A stretch of 64,000 nucleotides of DNA from Albugo candida (Eukaryota). Both the position numbers and the translations under genes were made by a program. This document shows positions 1-12,106 of this stretch, in pieces; position 1 is the stretch's first letter; each line of letters starts with the position of its first letter. Below the pieces are notes generated by a model. It was not told the origin of the DNA. It made no database searches and saw only the letters and a list, made by a program, of their open reading frames with translations. Location: positions 124,001-188,000 of the forward strand of contig JBDOQK010000006.1 of assembly GCA_040437565.1 (NCBI GenBank), in the 5' to 3' direction.

Positions 1-1789
1 AAAAGAGAACTTTGATTGCGGCTTTAGAATACAGGAGTACAACTATTGCAGGGAACTTGACGTCTTTGATTTATTACACTGAGCAGCGCGTCTCAGATAC
101 ATGTGATGATTGGCTGACGTGAAATCAAACATATGGAATGGTTCGTACTGATAGTTTTTAGCGTCATGCGGAATGAATTAGCTCATACACTCACGAGGCA
201 GTTTCTTATAATAAGGTGCTATGTATGGTCTATCGGCATCTGCATAGCATGAAAAGAACGCTAGGCTAATGAGATCATTGATGATTGATTAGCAATACAG
301 CGTGCTGGACAAGGATGAATGCATGAGGAATTCTTCGTGCGTTCTTGATAGCAAGGCATTCAGACTTCAAGCGATCAACGCCGCACGCATTGCGGAATAC
401 TCGATCATAAATTAGAATCATGATACTGTCATTAAACGTCTCTAATTAATCCCGGCAGTACAAGCTCTAGATTAGCATCGATGTTTCAAGATGCAGGCCA
501 AACACTTGCACCTTAATTCCAGTTGAATCCATGTTTAGCTTGAGAAAAATGACCATGTGTAAAGGCCGAGTTGTTCCCGCATGTTTGAAGATGAAGATCT
601 TGATATCAATGGGCCTCTGTCTACGTCTGGCTTTGCAATCCTTTGTGACACGTCTGCTTGCCCTGGTCCTTCATATGACTTCTGATGCAGGAAAGTGAAG
701 GTTTTGTTTGGTCAAGTCGAGACAAGAACTCAATAGTAGCAATAAGCGGATTGAACATCTTTTAAGCTCAAGCTGTTTTTTCTGGCTCAAGCCGATGTGC
801 ACTGGAAGGAGCCGGTCCAACCATTTCTGCGTCACTATGCCCATTGTTCTGTAGAAGGCTCTCAACACGACACAGTTGCTCACGCATGATAGCAATTACA
901 TCTACTCTCGATCATGTGCAGCCTTCAGACGATGTACACTACCTCTTCCATGTTTCATTACACTTGCAGCTTTAATTGTATATTTGCGCGTAGTATTATC
1001 GAGACATAGTCGTGTGTACAAGCACACCACTTCCACCAAAGGACTAGGAATGGGTGAAAAGGCATATTTTGCTGGCAATATAGCTGAGGTAGTGAGACGT
1101 CTCTAGCGAAAAATTAAATACTGGTTTGAAATCCTTTACTATGCCAGTCGACTTCAACCTCTTGCGTGATTGAGATTTCTTGCTTCGTTATGGTAATGTT
1201 TCTGTTTTGGAACTTCCGACTTATGTTCTCGGCTGATATCATTGGTATGTTTGTATTGCTGGTTCCTACTTGACGTCAAATGCATGAAGTGTTACGTTTA
1301 GTCCTATCATTGTGCTACAATACTAACAGAAAACGGATGGAGGAGGGGGGGGGTACGATCTAAGGCTGCGTGCATCCGAAAATCTTGTACATCTCTCCGC
1401 CTTATCTCGTCGGTCTCTTGTAACGCAAAGTAGCCTTTGTGGTTAAAAAGGCTGTAGGATGGGTTCAGGGTTCAGGGTTGAAAAACGGGATGGACAATGC
1501 GACATGTGTAGGTTTTATGTCACGCTCGGGTACAGATGCAGAAGATGGCCATTCGGAGTAAAGTGTGATCGAATTACTCTTTCCAGCACCTAAAGTTTTA
1601 TTCGCTTACTCGTTTTCTTGTTGTAAACACTATCTGGAATTCTTTGGAGGGTAAACTACTGGCGCGATCAATATTTGAAGAAAGGGAAGGCAACATGTGT
1701 AGGTTATTTTTCGAACCTGTCTCTATACCATCTAAACATCTATGTAGCTTCTCCAACAATTCGCAAGTATCTATGGTGAACTAAGTTAT

Positions 1790-1806
1790 GCTCATTTTTC
1801 AATTCT
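1790..1806 (+). promoter_or_regulatory. Oomycete INR-FPR core promoter motif
   Basis: GCTCATTTTTCAATTCT matches the oomycete initiator/flanking promoter region consensus GCTCATTYYNCAWTT; lies about 20 nt upstream of the ATG at 1827. Confidence 0.7.
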
Positions 1807-1826
1807 CCTCATTGCAGCTTGGTTTA

Positions 1827-1998
1827 ATGCGATTCTGCTTGATCCTCGATGTTGGCTTTTCATTTCTCAACCTACAAATCTTTTTTAGAAGATGCTACGT
1901 CCAATAACGGTGCAGTTAAGCGCATAGGCTTAACGCCATCACACAATAAAAAAGCGAGGCAGCACCGGCCAGAGAATCCGGTGCCCTCATACCCGTAA
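1827..1998 (+). pseudogene. Frameshifted small secreted peptide gene, paralog of 28583-28762
   Basis: Begins MRFCLILDVGFSFLNLQI, versus MRFYLVLAVGFSFLNLEI in the paralog. As assembled it stops at 1907 (26 aa). Removing one T from the T6 run at 1881-1886 gives a 56-aa ORF ending EDATSNNGAVKRIGLTPSHNKKARQHRPENPVPSYP*. Confidence 0.65.
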
Positions 1999-4629
1999 GC
2001 TTGCGGACATAGAGGAACAACGGTCATGCATAAAGAGTGGTATTGCAACACCGACCAATGCACCAGCAAGCAGTCGAAAATACATGGACACCATCAAGTA
2101 CGAAAGCTATGCACAAGATTTGAAGCTTTGATTGTTTAACACTTCTCTTCTTTTCATTGAATATTGTTCCTTTTCATATTCTCATGACTTTCAATCTTAT
2201 TCGTCAGCAGTGGGCTCCAACGCTGCCATGAAAATTATTTGAAATCGCTACGATTTGGTCCGCCCACGCTGTTAATACCACTGAACCAAAATGATCAAAA
2301 TTGAAGTTGCTAAATCGTAGAAAATGCACATACATGTACAGCTTTCTTTCTTTGTATATCCAGGTCTTTCAAAATACATATAGTACGGACATAATTATAT
2401 TCGAAGGGCTCCGAGGTAATCAATGTCGTTTGTAGGGTCTTATGTGATTTGCAACAATACGTTAAAATTCGTATCTGCTGGTGTGATCACATGACGAAAT
2501 CCATGATACCTTTTCCGTTCTTTGCATTATTGTCCACTTCTTCATGTCTGCTTCCAGTCCGCTACTCCGGTATTGGGACGGAAGAGAGGTCACACGCCAA
2601 GGTCAAATCATAAACGTGCTGGTGAGATTTTTACGAATAGTCTACGCATATTTATCATCGATCAACTATCAGTAACCAAGCAAAATATTTCCATTCCGCT
2701 TATATTTGAGCTGCATGAGAAGGTCTGCTTTCTCTAGCAATTCAATATTGTGAAGCGCAGGTTGCATTGCTATCATCACAATTGATATTCCGTTTCTTTT
2801 CTTTTACCATATTACAAATCAAACCAATACCATTATCACGAAAAAAATCAAGACGTGGCGAATCCTAATTCTATAAGACAACTTGCAGGCATATCTTCTA
2901 CTTGCGACGTCATGTATAAATAAAGTCTTCCGCATTCCTTCATCCAATCGATGATTGGTACATCAACTCTTTCAGCTTCAACCTATTCGATACATTTACC
3001 AATTCGGATTTTTGTGTGGCCCGCAATGGCGATTGATCGTTCCGAATGTGATGACAAGGCAACCCTGTGACTTCTTCTATTCTTTCTGCATGCATGATGT
3101 CATTACGATGCGTATCAATAATTATATTGTCAGTACTACACCTGGAAGCTGCGTTTAACAGCCATTGTCTTGGCACGTGCAAGAGATCAAGTTATGATTT
3201 TGAAAACATCTGCGCAAGTATGCAAGGTCTGATGCTATAAGCCTTCATGTCTTGAGGGCGGCTTAGTTCGAAAAGTGTAGGTTTATCAATAAGTAGAGTA
3301 GGTTCATCTGCTCAAATCAAAGCTATAAAAATTATTTATTTTCAAAATATAATAATATTTAGGGAATCGTTATTCAGCACTCACCTTTTCTGTAATCAGC
3401 ACTCAGCCTCCATAAATTGATAGATTGGTGGCCTCTGATTGCTAGAGTAAAGAAAAGGGAATTTAAAGAAAAATATACCAATTTGATAAAGGGTATTGAT
3501 ATCCCGACAACTTTCTTTAATTACATTTATATTTTTTATTTTAAATTACACTATGCCTACTTAGATTATTACTCCCACAACTTTTTTAGAGCAATAATAA
3601 GTGGTATTGATATCCTGACAACTTTTTTGGAGCAATAATTAGTGGTATTGATATCCTGACAACTTTTTTTTAAATTACATTTATTCGCAATTTAGACTAC
3701 GTTATGCCTACTTAAATTATTGCTCCCACAACTTTTTTGAAAAATAAATAAGTTTACATTTCAACTAATAGATGTCATTTACGTCTAAGGCTAAATCTAT
3801 AAGAGAAAATTACCTTCAACTGAGCTAAACACTCATCACTAGTAGACGATTCATTGCCAGTTTGTTAAGCTATAATGCCTCGTAAAGATGCAAAAGTTAT
3901 TATACACTAACGGCCGAAGGTAAAATGTGTTGAGAAATAATTCTGTGAAAGAAAAATATTAAATTTTTTACTTAAGCTTCTTCTGAATCGAACTCGTAAC
4001 CGGAATTCCGCAAGACCGCTTGTTATCGCCGATTGTTGCACCTGCATTTCCCTGTGTCCGATGCTCAAATGCTATGTGTCAAATGGAAATTGGCAGAAGT
4101 AATAGCCTATCACAGATGAAACATTCTGTGTATTAGCCAACCACAAATAATTCTCGATTGGAGCTGTTGGAGCAACAATTTAGGGTGTGTATGGATGTAA
4201 TTAGTTAGAAATGTAAAATCATGTATGTATTTNNNNNNNNNNNNNNNNNNNNNNNNNNNNNNNNNNNNNNNNNNNNNNNNNNNNNNNNNNNNNNNNNNNN
4301 NNNNNNNNNNNNNNNNNNNNNNNNNNNNNNNNAGTAATAGCCTATCACAGATGAAACATTCTGTGTATTAGCCAACCACAAATAATTCTCGATTGGAGCT
4401 GTTGGAGCAACAATTCAGGGTGTGTATGGATGTAATTAGTTAGAAATGTAAAATCATGTATGTATTTGCAAAAAAGAAAAAGTTGTGAGAGTAATAATTC
4501 AACTAGGCATGTTGTAACATAAAAAAAAAGTTGTCGGGATATCAATACCCTTTGATAAAAAAATAAAAAAAATATACCGGGGCTGTATACTATACGCACG
4601 GATATACATTACACATTTAAATACCAGCG

Positions 4630-6400
4630 ATGGAATGCGAGGACGAAGAACAGCAAAGTAGCAGCAGCTTCTTCGAGAACAGGAGTTATGCCGATAAGAG
4701 GGATAAAATTCAAGCAGTAATTGAGTACAACCGAGAATGTAACCGTCCGTTTCGTGTGGTGTCAAGTGACAAACGGCGTTATAAAGCAGTGTGCACACAA
4801 CATGACTGTTTCTTCGTTGTGCAGTTTTCCTTTTCGCGAGCATTCAGACCTCCAAAGAAGTTTGTTTTGCACTCCTGTGAAGTATCCGAATCGTCAAAGG
4901 CGACTCGTAGATATACAACCGCAAAACAAATTGCTTCAAATCCTGCAGTCAAAGATATGGCCATAATATCCGGTAGGAAAGTGTCTCTCGTGATGATCCA
5001 AACGAAGTTGAGGAACGAAGAGATTTCCGCCACATATATGAACTGTGCTCACGCATTCAAAAAGTTAAAGCTTGAGTTATGCGGATGTGATATTGAGCAA
5101 TACAGCCTCATTCCGTCCTACATGGCTGCACTAAACATTCGAGGCCACGAAGCCAAGCTTAAAATCGTAGATGATGAATTCATGCGGTTGCGTATCAATT
5201 TCCGGGAAGAGCTTCGAGCATATAAGTCATACAGTGAGCGTGGGATATCCATGGACGGCACATTCATCAAGACATCAATCGGTGGGGGTACTCCTTGTTG
5301 CGTGCTTTCGAAATGGAAACAACGACATCCAAATTATCGGAGTTGGGCTCGTGTGGGTAGAGAATGAAGATAATTGGAGCTGGTTTTTGAAGTTCCTACT
5401 GTCTCACCCCAGCCATCTCCTGCATTCGTGATACCCGATAGAGACAAGGGACTTATAAAAACTATGCTTATATCGGCACCAAATGTCCCACATTTTTTCT
5501 GCTTCCGGCATTTGATGGAAATGTCAACAAAAAATACAAGTCCAGGCTGTTGAAGAGTTTGGCGTGGATATTGGCTCGTTTACGGAGAACGGTGGAGTAC
5601 GAGGAGGCTAAGGCGGATATCGCCATTTTGAAAATCAGTGCGCTGGTATGGCTACAGGAGGTTGATCGTGAAAATTGGTCAACAGCTTACTCACGATGTC
5701 CAAGATACAACACTTTGACATCAAACAACGTGGAGGAGGTAAACAGCGTGTTGAAGGGAATTCGGACTCTTCCTATCATCGACTGATTAATGGGAATGGA
5801 ACGTTACGTGGCGTGCAAGTGGGCTGAAAATATCAGCAAAGTAAAAATCTGGGAAGTACTGACTCCGTATGCATCATGAAAGGTGGATAAAACAATGGCC
5901 GCTGCGAGTGGGGTGAAATTGATGAATGCTCGACCTGTTGCTACATCGTCGCAATCCGCTCAGGGGTGGGGAGAATTCCGGTGAAATTAGCAGTTCAATT
6001 CCGCGATGAAGTTGTGCGATGCTCGTGTAAGTACTTCAAAGATTTTGGCTCGACTTGCATTCATGCATTACTAGCATTGAATCATTCCAGGAAATTGCCC
6101 AACGGGTCACGTATTTTCATGAGTCCCGGAATTCATCGACGTTTGCGGCCGCCTATTCTGAGAGATATAACGATAACATAATGCCAATCGTGGTGAAAAA
6201 TGATCTCACAAGAGGTGTGTGCAACGCTCCATCTATTATGAGAAAAAAGAGCGTCCAAAGAAGAAGCGGATTCCATCGCAACAAGCTACTGAGAAATTGG
6301 AAAAGCGCCGAACGAGATGTGGATTAAGCAATCATCTTGGCCATAATCGTAAGACCTGTCCGATAAGGGACGCAAAATTGTATGCTTCCTTATCCCCACT
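4630..6400 (+). pseudogene. MuDR/MULE transposase, frameshifted
   Basis: Consecutive ORF pieces carry ISMDGTF, ENEDNWSWFL, PDRDKGL, HFFCFRH and LTSNNVE, a SWIM motif (CSCKYFKDFGSTCIH) and a C-terminal knuckle (CGLSNHLGHNRKTC). Several frameshifts and stops. Confidence 0.85.
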
Positions 6401-6539
6401 ACATAGTGCGTCATTGATCAGAGGTTTTTCATCCAAGACTGGGTTTTCCTCTTTATAATCCTAGGCCTGTGTATATCCGTACGTATGGTATACAGCCTTG
6501 TTATATCTTTTTATAATCCCGTAAAAAAATTAAAATGAC

Positions 6540-7275
6540 GTGAATCGTTATTCAGCCCCCACCCTCCATGAATTAATGGCAATTGTAGCCTCTGATTGGT
6601 CTGAATAGATGCAAAGGAATTTATAAAATACTAGAAATCACACTGTTGTCTCCTTCAACTTCAATTTACCTGTAGACTTGACGACATCCACAATGGGCTA
6701 TCCTTGAGCCCATGCTTTCGTCACCAAGTAATACCGCTGTCTGCTAATGATTTTGATCAGCATTGGTGGTTGGTACAGCCAATGCCAGTTCATATTGAGG
6801 GTGGGACCATGCCAATTGGAATTGAGATAGCATTAAAGTGAATAAATGACGAGTATGGGAATGCTTCCAATCATCGTGAGCGTGCGCTGCTAGGCAATGT
6901 CTTGGCATTCACAGAGACAGAAACTCGCGAACTTGTGCAAATGCGCACGCGCGGTAGGCCATCGAGCTTAATGCGCGACTTCCTTTGAAGTTTGAGCATG
7001 TTAGCGCTGCTTTGGATGCTCCTGTGCATCGCCAAGACGTCGAGAATACCAAAAGAAAGGTCACAATACCAGAACCTGCCGTCAAGAAGCAACAGCAGCA
7101 CCAGCAACACTTGCAGCAGTAGATTTAGATACAGACTTAGATTAAGTAGTACAAAATTCGCAGAAACCGGAGTTTTTTTTGATTTTATTGTTTCATTTCG
7201 TTGCATTTAATCAGACCAATCAGAGGCCACGGTTTTTAGTAATATATGAAGGGTGGGGGCTGATTAACGATTCCC
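6540..7275 (+). mobile_element. Internal MULE deletion-derivative module (inner TIR pair plus transposase 3' end)
   Basis: Inner inverted pair GTGAATCGTTATTCAGCCCCCACCC / GGGTGGGGGCTGATTAACGATTCCC encloses a degraded transposase C-terminus (DFDQHWWL, RGRP, GHNTRTC). Confidence 0.65.
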
Positions 7276-8341
7276 GTAATTTACTTTAATTTATTCTCTT
7301 ATATTTGTTTAAACCAATCAGAGGCCACAATTGCCATTAATTCATGGAGGCTGAGTGCTGATTACAGAAAACGTGAGTGCTAAATAACAATTCCTTAATA
7401 TTCATTTTGGTAGCAATGATCTAAACAAATACAATCCTGTCAGAAATTCTCCATTCATTTTTGCATTCCCTAACAAAATCGATACTCATAATGATTGCCT
7501 TGATGTAAATGCTGGGTGCGTTGCTGATGGCGAAATTGATTCTGTATTATGTTTGTCCTTAACTGCTACTCTTTCTCTTCCATGCCTTACTGTCCACCTT
7601 TACCGAACTGCCTTTTTCTCTTACTCTTCATGAATTTTGTAACTAACGTGCAACTATTCCTATACTATTTTCCGATATCTTATAGCCGCCTCTTCCGCGC
7701 TCATCGAGCCTCCTGAAGATTCACTTACTCCTTCAACTTTTCTCACTGTTTCCAACATGCCCTTCGTGCATGGTGCTAATTTTGGAGCGTACTGCGAGTT
7801 GAATAAAAGGTAAAAAAGGAAGTGTATATTATCTTGACTTATCGGTTCAACCCTAATATAGCCATCAGGTGGTTACCTAATGCGTCCAGAGAGTGGTCGA
7901 TCGACCCAGCTCTTTCTTCCATATGCTTCGTCGGTATGACGATAATATTATTATACATGGATCCCAACATCAGCTTATAAATAAACTTTTATCGGGCGAG
8001 ATATGATCCGACTCCCCTAAACCAACATTTCTTTTTTGTTTCAATTACGTCAAATTTTGTTTTAACAAATCCAAGGAGTTTTTTGAATTAACCAAAGCTA
8101 TTTTTCGAATATATCCAGCTGAAGGTGTCTATATTACCAGAATTAGACTGACTGACTTCTCGAGTTGCCTTGGCTATCTTAAATAACAAATATACAGAGA
8201 AAAAACGTTTCGCAAAATACCTGTGAGAGATGATAATATGTNNNNNNNNNNNNNNNNNNNNNNNNNNNNNNNNNNNNNNNNNNNNNNNNNNNNNNNNNNN
8301 NNNNNNNNNNNNNNNNNNNNNNNNNNNNNNNNNNNNNNNNN

Positions 8342-8990
8342 CCCCACACGAAGGCTGCGTGCACAATATAATGTCGGGCTGAATATCCTTCAAGAACCAG
8401 AAACGAGATCGAACTGGCAACATTCAAAAGGCTAGACGAAACTGTAAATCTTCGTAAATCGGTAATACACGTTTCCGAAGATGTCGTGATGTAGCCATAA
8501 ATCTTCTCACTCGTTCGGTATCCAGTGCGTCCGATCTCTCCCGTGATGACCAATGTGTCGACATCGAATGACTCTTGGTTTGTTCGGAAGGTTTCCAGAC
8601 GATTCGTGAGAGTTGACGGCGTGCAATGAATGGGAAATAGTGTTTCGTCTCCTTGCATTGTACTCCCACATAGAACGATCTACCACTTGTGTTTGGTTGG
8701 ATCCAAGTGATAAGACCAGTCGTCGAGTGGATACTCTGTAGTATCTGCGTGACTTCATTGTAAAGTCTACTCAGCAACTTTCCTTCAGCCATATCCGATG
8801 TATTTAGCTCTTCGTCGTTGTAATACATGTCGGCAAAATCTTCCTTCGTTGGCCATGTGTCGCTTTCTCGAAAATAGCCTTGAAGACTGCGAATGTCGAA
8901 AAGCGTAGCAAACGATTTCCGAAATGTTCGATGTGATTCGTCCACCATGCCAAGATTGTATCAAACGTTCTGCGTACTCGAATGGCGAGT
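8342..8990 (-). mobile_element. L1-type LINE ORF2 3' fragment (zf-RVT region)
   Basis: Translates ...LPIYEDLQFRLAF/MLPVRSRFWFL...CTQPSCG; homologous to the ORF2 3' part at ~25220-25490; truncated by an N gap. Confidence 0.7.
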
Positions 8991-9798
8991 AGAAGCTATT
9001 TAACGTAATTCTTGTTCGCTTTCGAAGATGTTCATTTAAATTTAATTTTTTTATAAGTGAAATTATTTCAAGTTTTATTTCTAGTTAATTTTAAAAATAA
9101 GAATGTAGATTTGAGTAAAGTTGGTAAGGTACTGCGCATATTATAGAATTAAACCATTGAAAAAGAAATTTCAAAAATTTTCATAGTATTTTCTCTATAA
9201 TGGCTCCTCCCAAAAAAAGAAGGCTGGCCCTGTTAGCCAACTTGCACCAAGCCAACAACAAGAAGAGGCAGCTTAGGCACAGAAACAATAGCAGGAAAAG
9301 GTGGAGGCAGCAGAGGATATCGATTGTTAGACCCTCATGTCAGACTGGAGTGGAGAGGAGGAAGAGGAAGGTGAAGGTGAAGAGGAAGAAGACTNNNNNN
9401 NNNNNNNNNNNNNNNNNNNNNNNNNNNNNNNNNNNNNNNNNNNNNNNNNNNNNNNNNNNNNNNNNNNNNNNNNNNNNNNNNNNNNNNNNNNNNNTCGAAA
9501 AGCGTAGCAAACGATTTCCGAAATGTTCGATGTGATTCGTCCACCATGCCAAGATTGTATCAAACGTTCTGCGTACTCGAATGGCGAGTAGAAGCTATTT
9601 AACGTAATTCTTGTTCGCTTTCGAAGATGTTCATTTAAATTTAATTTTTTTATAAGTGAAATTATTTCAAGTTTTATTTCTAGTTAATTTTAAAAATAAG
9701 AATGTAGATTTGAGTAAAGTTGGTAAGGTACTGCGCATATTATAGAATTAAACCATTGAAAAAGAAATTTCAAAAATTTTCATAGTATTTTCTCTATA

Positions 9799-12106
9799 AT
9801 GGCTCCTCCCAAAAAAAGAAGGCTGGCCCTGTTAGCCAACTTGCACCAAGCCAACAACAAGAAGAGGCAGCTTAGGCACAGAAACAATAGCAGGAAAAGG
9901 TGGAGGCAGCAGAGGATATCGATTGTTAGACCCTCATGTCAGACTGGAGTGGAGAGGAGGAAGAGGAAGGTGAAGGTGAAGAGGAAGAAGACTGGCTGGA
10001 AACAGACACAGCTCAGCTACAAAAGAAAATGGCTGCTGTCCAGGCTCAGCTGGAGAAGGAAAGAAGGGGAAGAAGAAGAGATCTTCTACCTATAAAAGTG
10101 AGCTGGCTTCTTTTGCCAAAAACGTTCTTTATCCTCTACTCTTTACATACATTGGCAGAGAACTCAAGAACTTACAAGTGGAGGAGGGAGAAGTATGTCA
10201 TGGAGAATAACCTGCAGAGGCTGGACATCTACTTCAAACCAGCAGGTCAGCAGCCATCAGCAACTAAAAGAAAGGAGCTGTTCATTGCATCAGAAGATGA
10301 GAGTAGTGAGCAGCAGGGAGAAGAGGCAGAAGAAGAAGACAGGATGGAAGAGGCCATTAACGGTTTGAGGGAAGGGCTGAAAGGCATACTGAACCAGAAA
10401 AGCAGCTGGGGAAAATTCCCTTCTTATCTTGTTTAAGACTTATGGCCATCCTCCAGTATCTGAAAGGACGGCTTTATCAGGGCATGAGAAAGAAGGAAGC
10501 ATCAGCTACTGCAGTCAACGAAAAACTGCACAAGACGTCAGACTGGGCCTGCAGGAACGTTGGGCTTTGGGCAGATCGCTTTTGGTCAGCAAAGCCCTTC
10601 TAACACATCATCAAGGCCGACATTAAAAAAGGAGAGAGATCCTGGGAGACCTTGATATCAAGAGGAAGTGCCTGTCATGGATGAGAGGGAGAAAGCTCAA
10701 TGAAAGATCGCCCAAAGAGCTTCAGACGGTCCTTCAAAACAGAATTTTCCGAAAGATCCTGGGAGAGAAGGAGAAGAAGATAAACTACTTGACAATGGTT
10801 AAGTACCTGAAGATCTGGGGATTCAAAAAAAGAAAATGAAAAAGCAGCTGTATATGGACGGTCATGAAAGGAAGGATGTGGTGAAGTATAGAGGATTGGT
10901 CAAAGAGGACGATTCAGTACCAAAAGATGATGGATGAGTGGACTGGAGAGGAGATGGATGTGTTGGTGGATGGCAAGGTGGAATTGTGGGACAACAAGTA
11001 TGTGCATGCGACGCATGATGAGTCTACCATCTACAGCAACGATAAAAGAGAGGAGTTCTGGGTAGAAGAAGGCGAAAGTTGGAATAGGAAGAAAGGACCA
11101 GGGGGTCAATCATGATCAGTGACTTTCTGCGCCCGTGCCATGGGCCCATGAAAGTAACTGATCAGCAAGCGAGGGAGAATGGGCTCACTTCACCATCAGC
11201 CAGAGAGATCATCAAGGCAGGCAAGAACAGAGATGGTTGGTGGAAAACCGAAGACATGGTAAGGCAACTCAATGAGAAGGCCGTCCCCATTTTCAACATT
11301 CTTCATCCAGGATGTATTGGTGAGTTTTTCAAATTTCTTCTTTCACATTTCTAGTTGGAACTGAAGATTGACGTTTTCTTTTCCGGGACGTTTTTCTTTC
11401 GACCCATCTTCCAACCATCAGGCGTTTGCTCTCAACGCTCTGGTGGCTGGTAGGATGATTCTCAAGCTCAACAATGAGAAACATACCTGAACAAGATGGA
11501 TGGTACATCAAATTGATTACCAGAAAATCTGGCGATCCATGTGGCTTACCCGCAATGGAGAGATTTGCTTCAAGGGCATCGAGATGGTAAGCTTTCTTCT
11601 CTGTGTTTTCCGGATATCACCACTGACGTTGCTCTCTCACAGGTGCTGAAGGAAAGAGGGATTGGGTCTCCTCACAACGTAAATTGGAATCAGGATTGCC
11701 ATTCCAAGGCATTGCCTCCAACAAATGACTGCTACTGGAGGCATGCCTTGATGGTTCAGCCCAATTTTGCTGAACAGGATTCACCCTGGAGATGGAGGTG
11801 AAGCAGACAGGACACATTATTAAATATTACCCCAGATTCTACTGTGAGTGCAACTTCATCGATAGGTACTGGGGAGCCGCCAAGAGAGCAGCTCAGAACC
11901 AATCCAATTATAATTTCACCTCGCTTTGGGAGAGGCTCCCTGGTATCCTCGATGGAGTGAGCATGAAGGAAATTTGGAAGTACGCTCGAACATCCTGGCG
12001 ATACATAGAAATGTATATCAAAGGCAAGGATGGCGTTGAGGCGGAGAAAGTTGAGCGGGACAGATGGAAGATGAAATCGCACCGACGTCTACGCGTCAAG
12101 GATTGA
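9799..12106 (+). pseudogene. Intron-containing DDE transposase of the IS630/Tc1/mariner superfamily (divergent group), degraded
   Basis: Motifs YMDGHERKDVVKYR, THDESTIYSND, MISDFL, GKNRDGWW, HPGCIG and YPRFYCECNFIDRYWGAAKR; N-terminal NLS PPKKRR. Putative introns 10098-10158, 11320-~11385 and 11587-11642; multiple frameshifts. Confidence 0.75.

Larger units (their letters stand above)
3362..7395. mobile_element. Composite Mutator-like (MULE) element
   Basis: About 80-bp TIRs (GGGAATCGTTATTCAGCACTCACCTTTTCTGTAATCAGC... and its reverse complement at ~7313-7395). 9-bp TSD TAATATTTA (3353-3361) / TAATATTCA (7396-7404). Confidence 0.85.

Noticed and set aside
600-960. Possible retrotransposon gag remnant on the minus strand
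   Set aside because: Only vague similarity; no LTR, PBS or diagnostic motif.
1461-1481. GGGTTCAGGGTTCAGGGTT telomere-like repeat
   Set aside because: Under three degenerate units; too short to call interstitial telomere.
6871-7210. Hydrophobic ORFs (111 aa minus, 72 aa plus) resembling membrane or secreted proteins
   Set aside because: They are alternative frames of the degraded MULE transposase tail.
8896-9993. Apparent tandem copy of the MAPPKKRR transposase start
   Set aside because: Identical ~500 bp on both sides of a 100-N gap; assembly artifact. The same pattern occurs at 4098-4467, 16264-17239, 23204-23669 and ~43006-43170.
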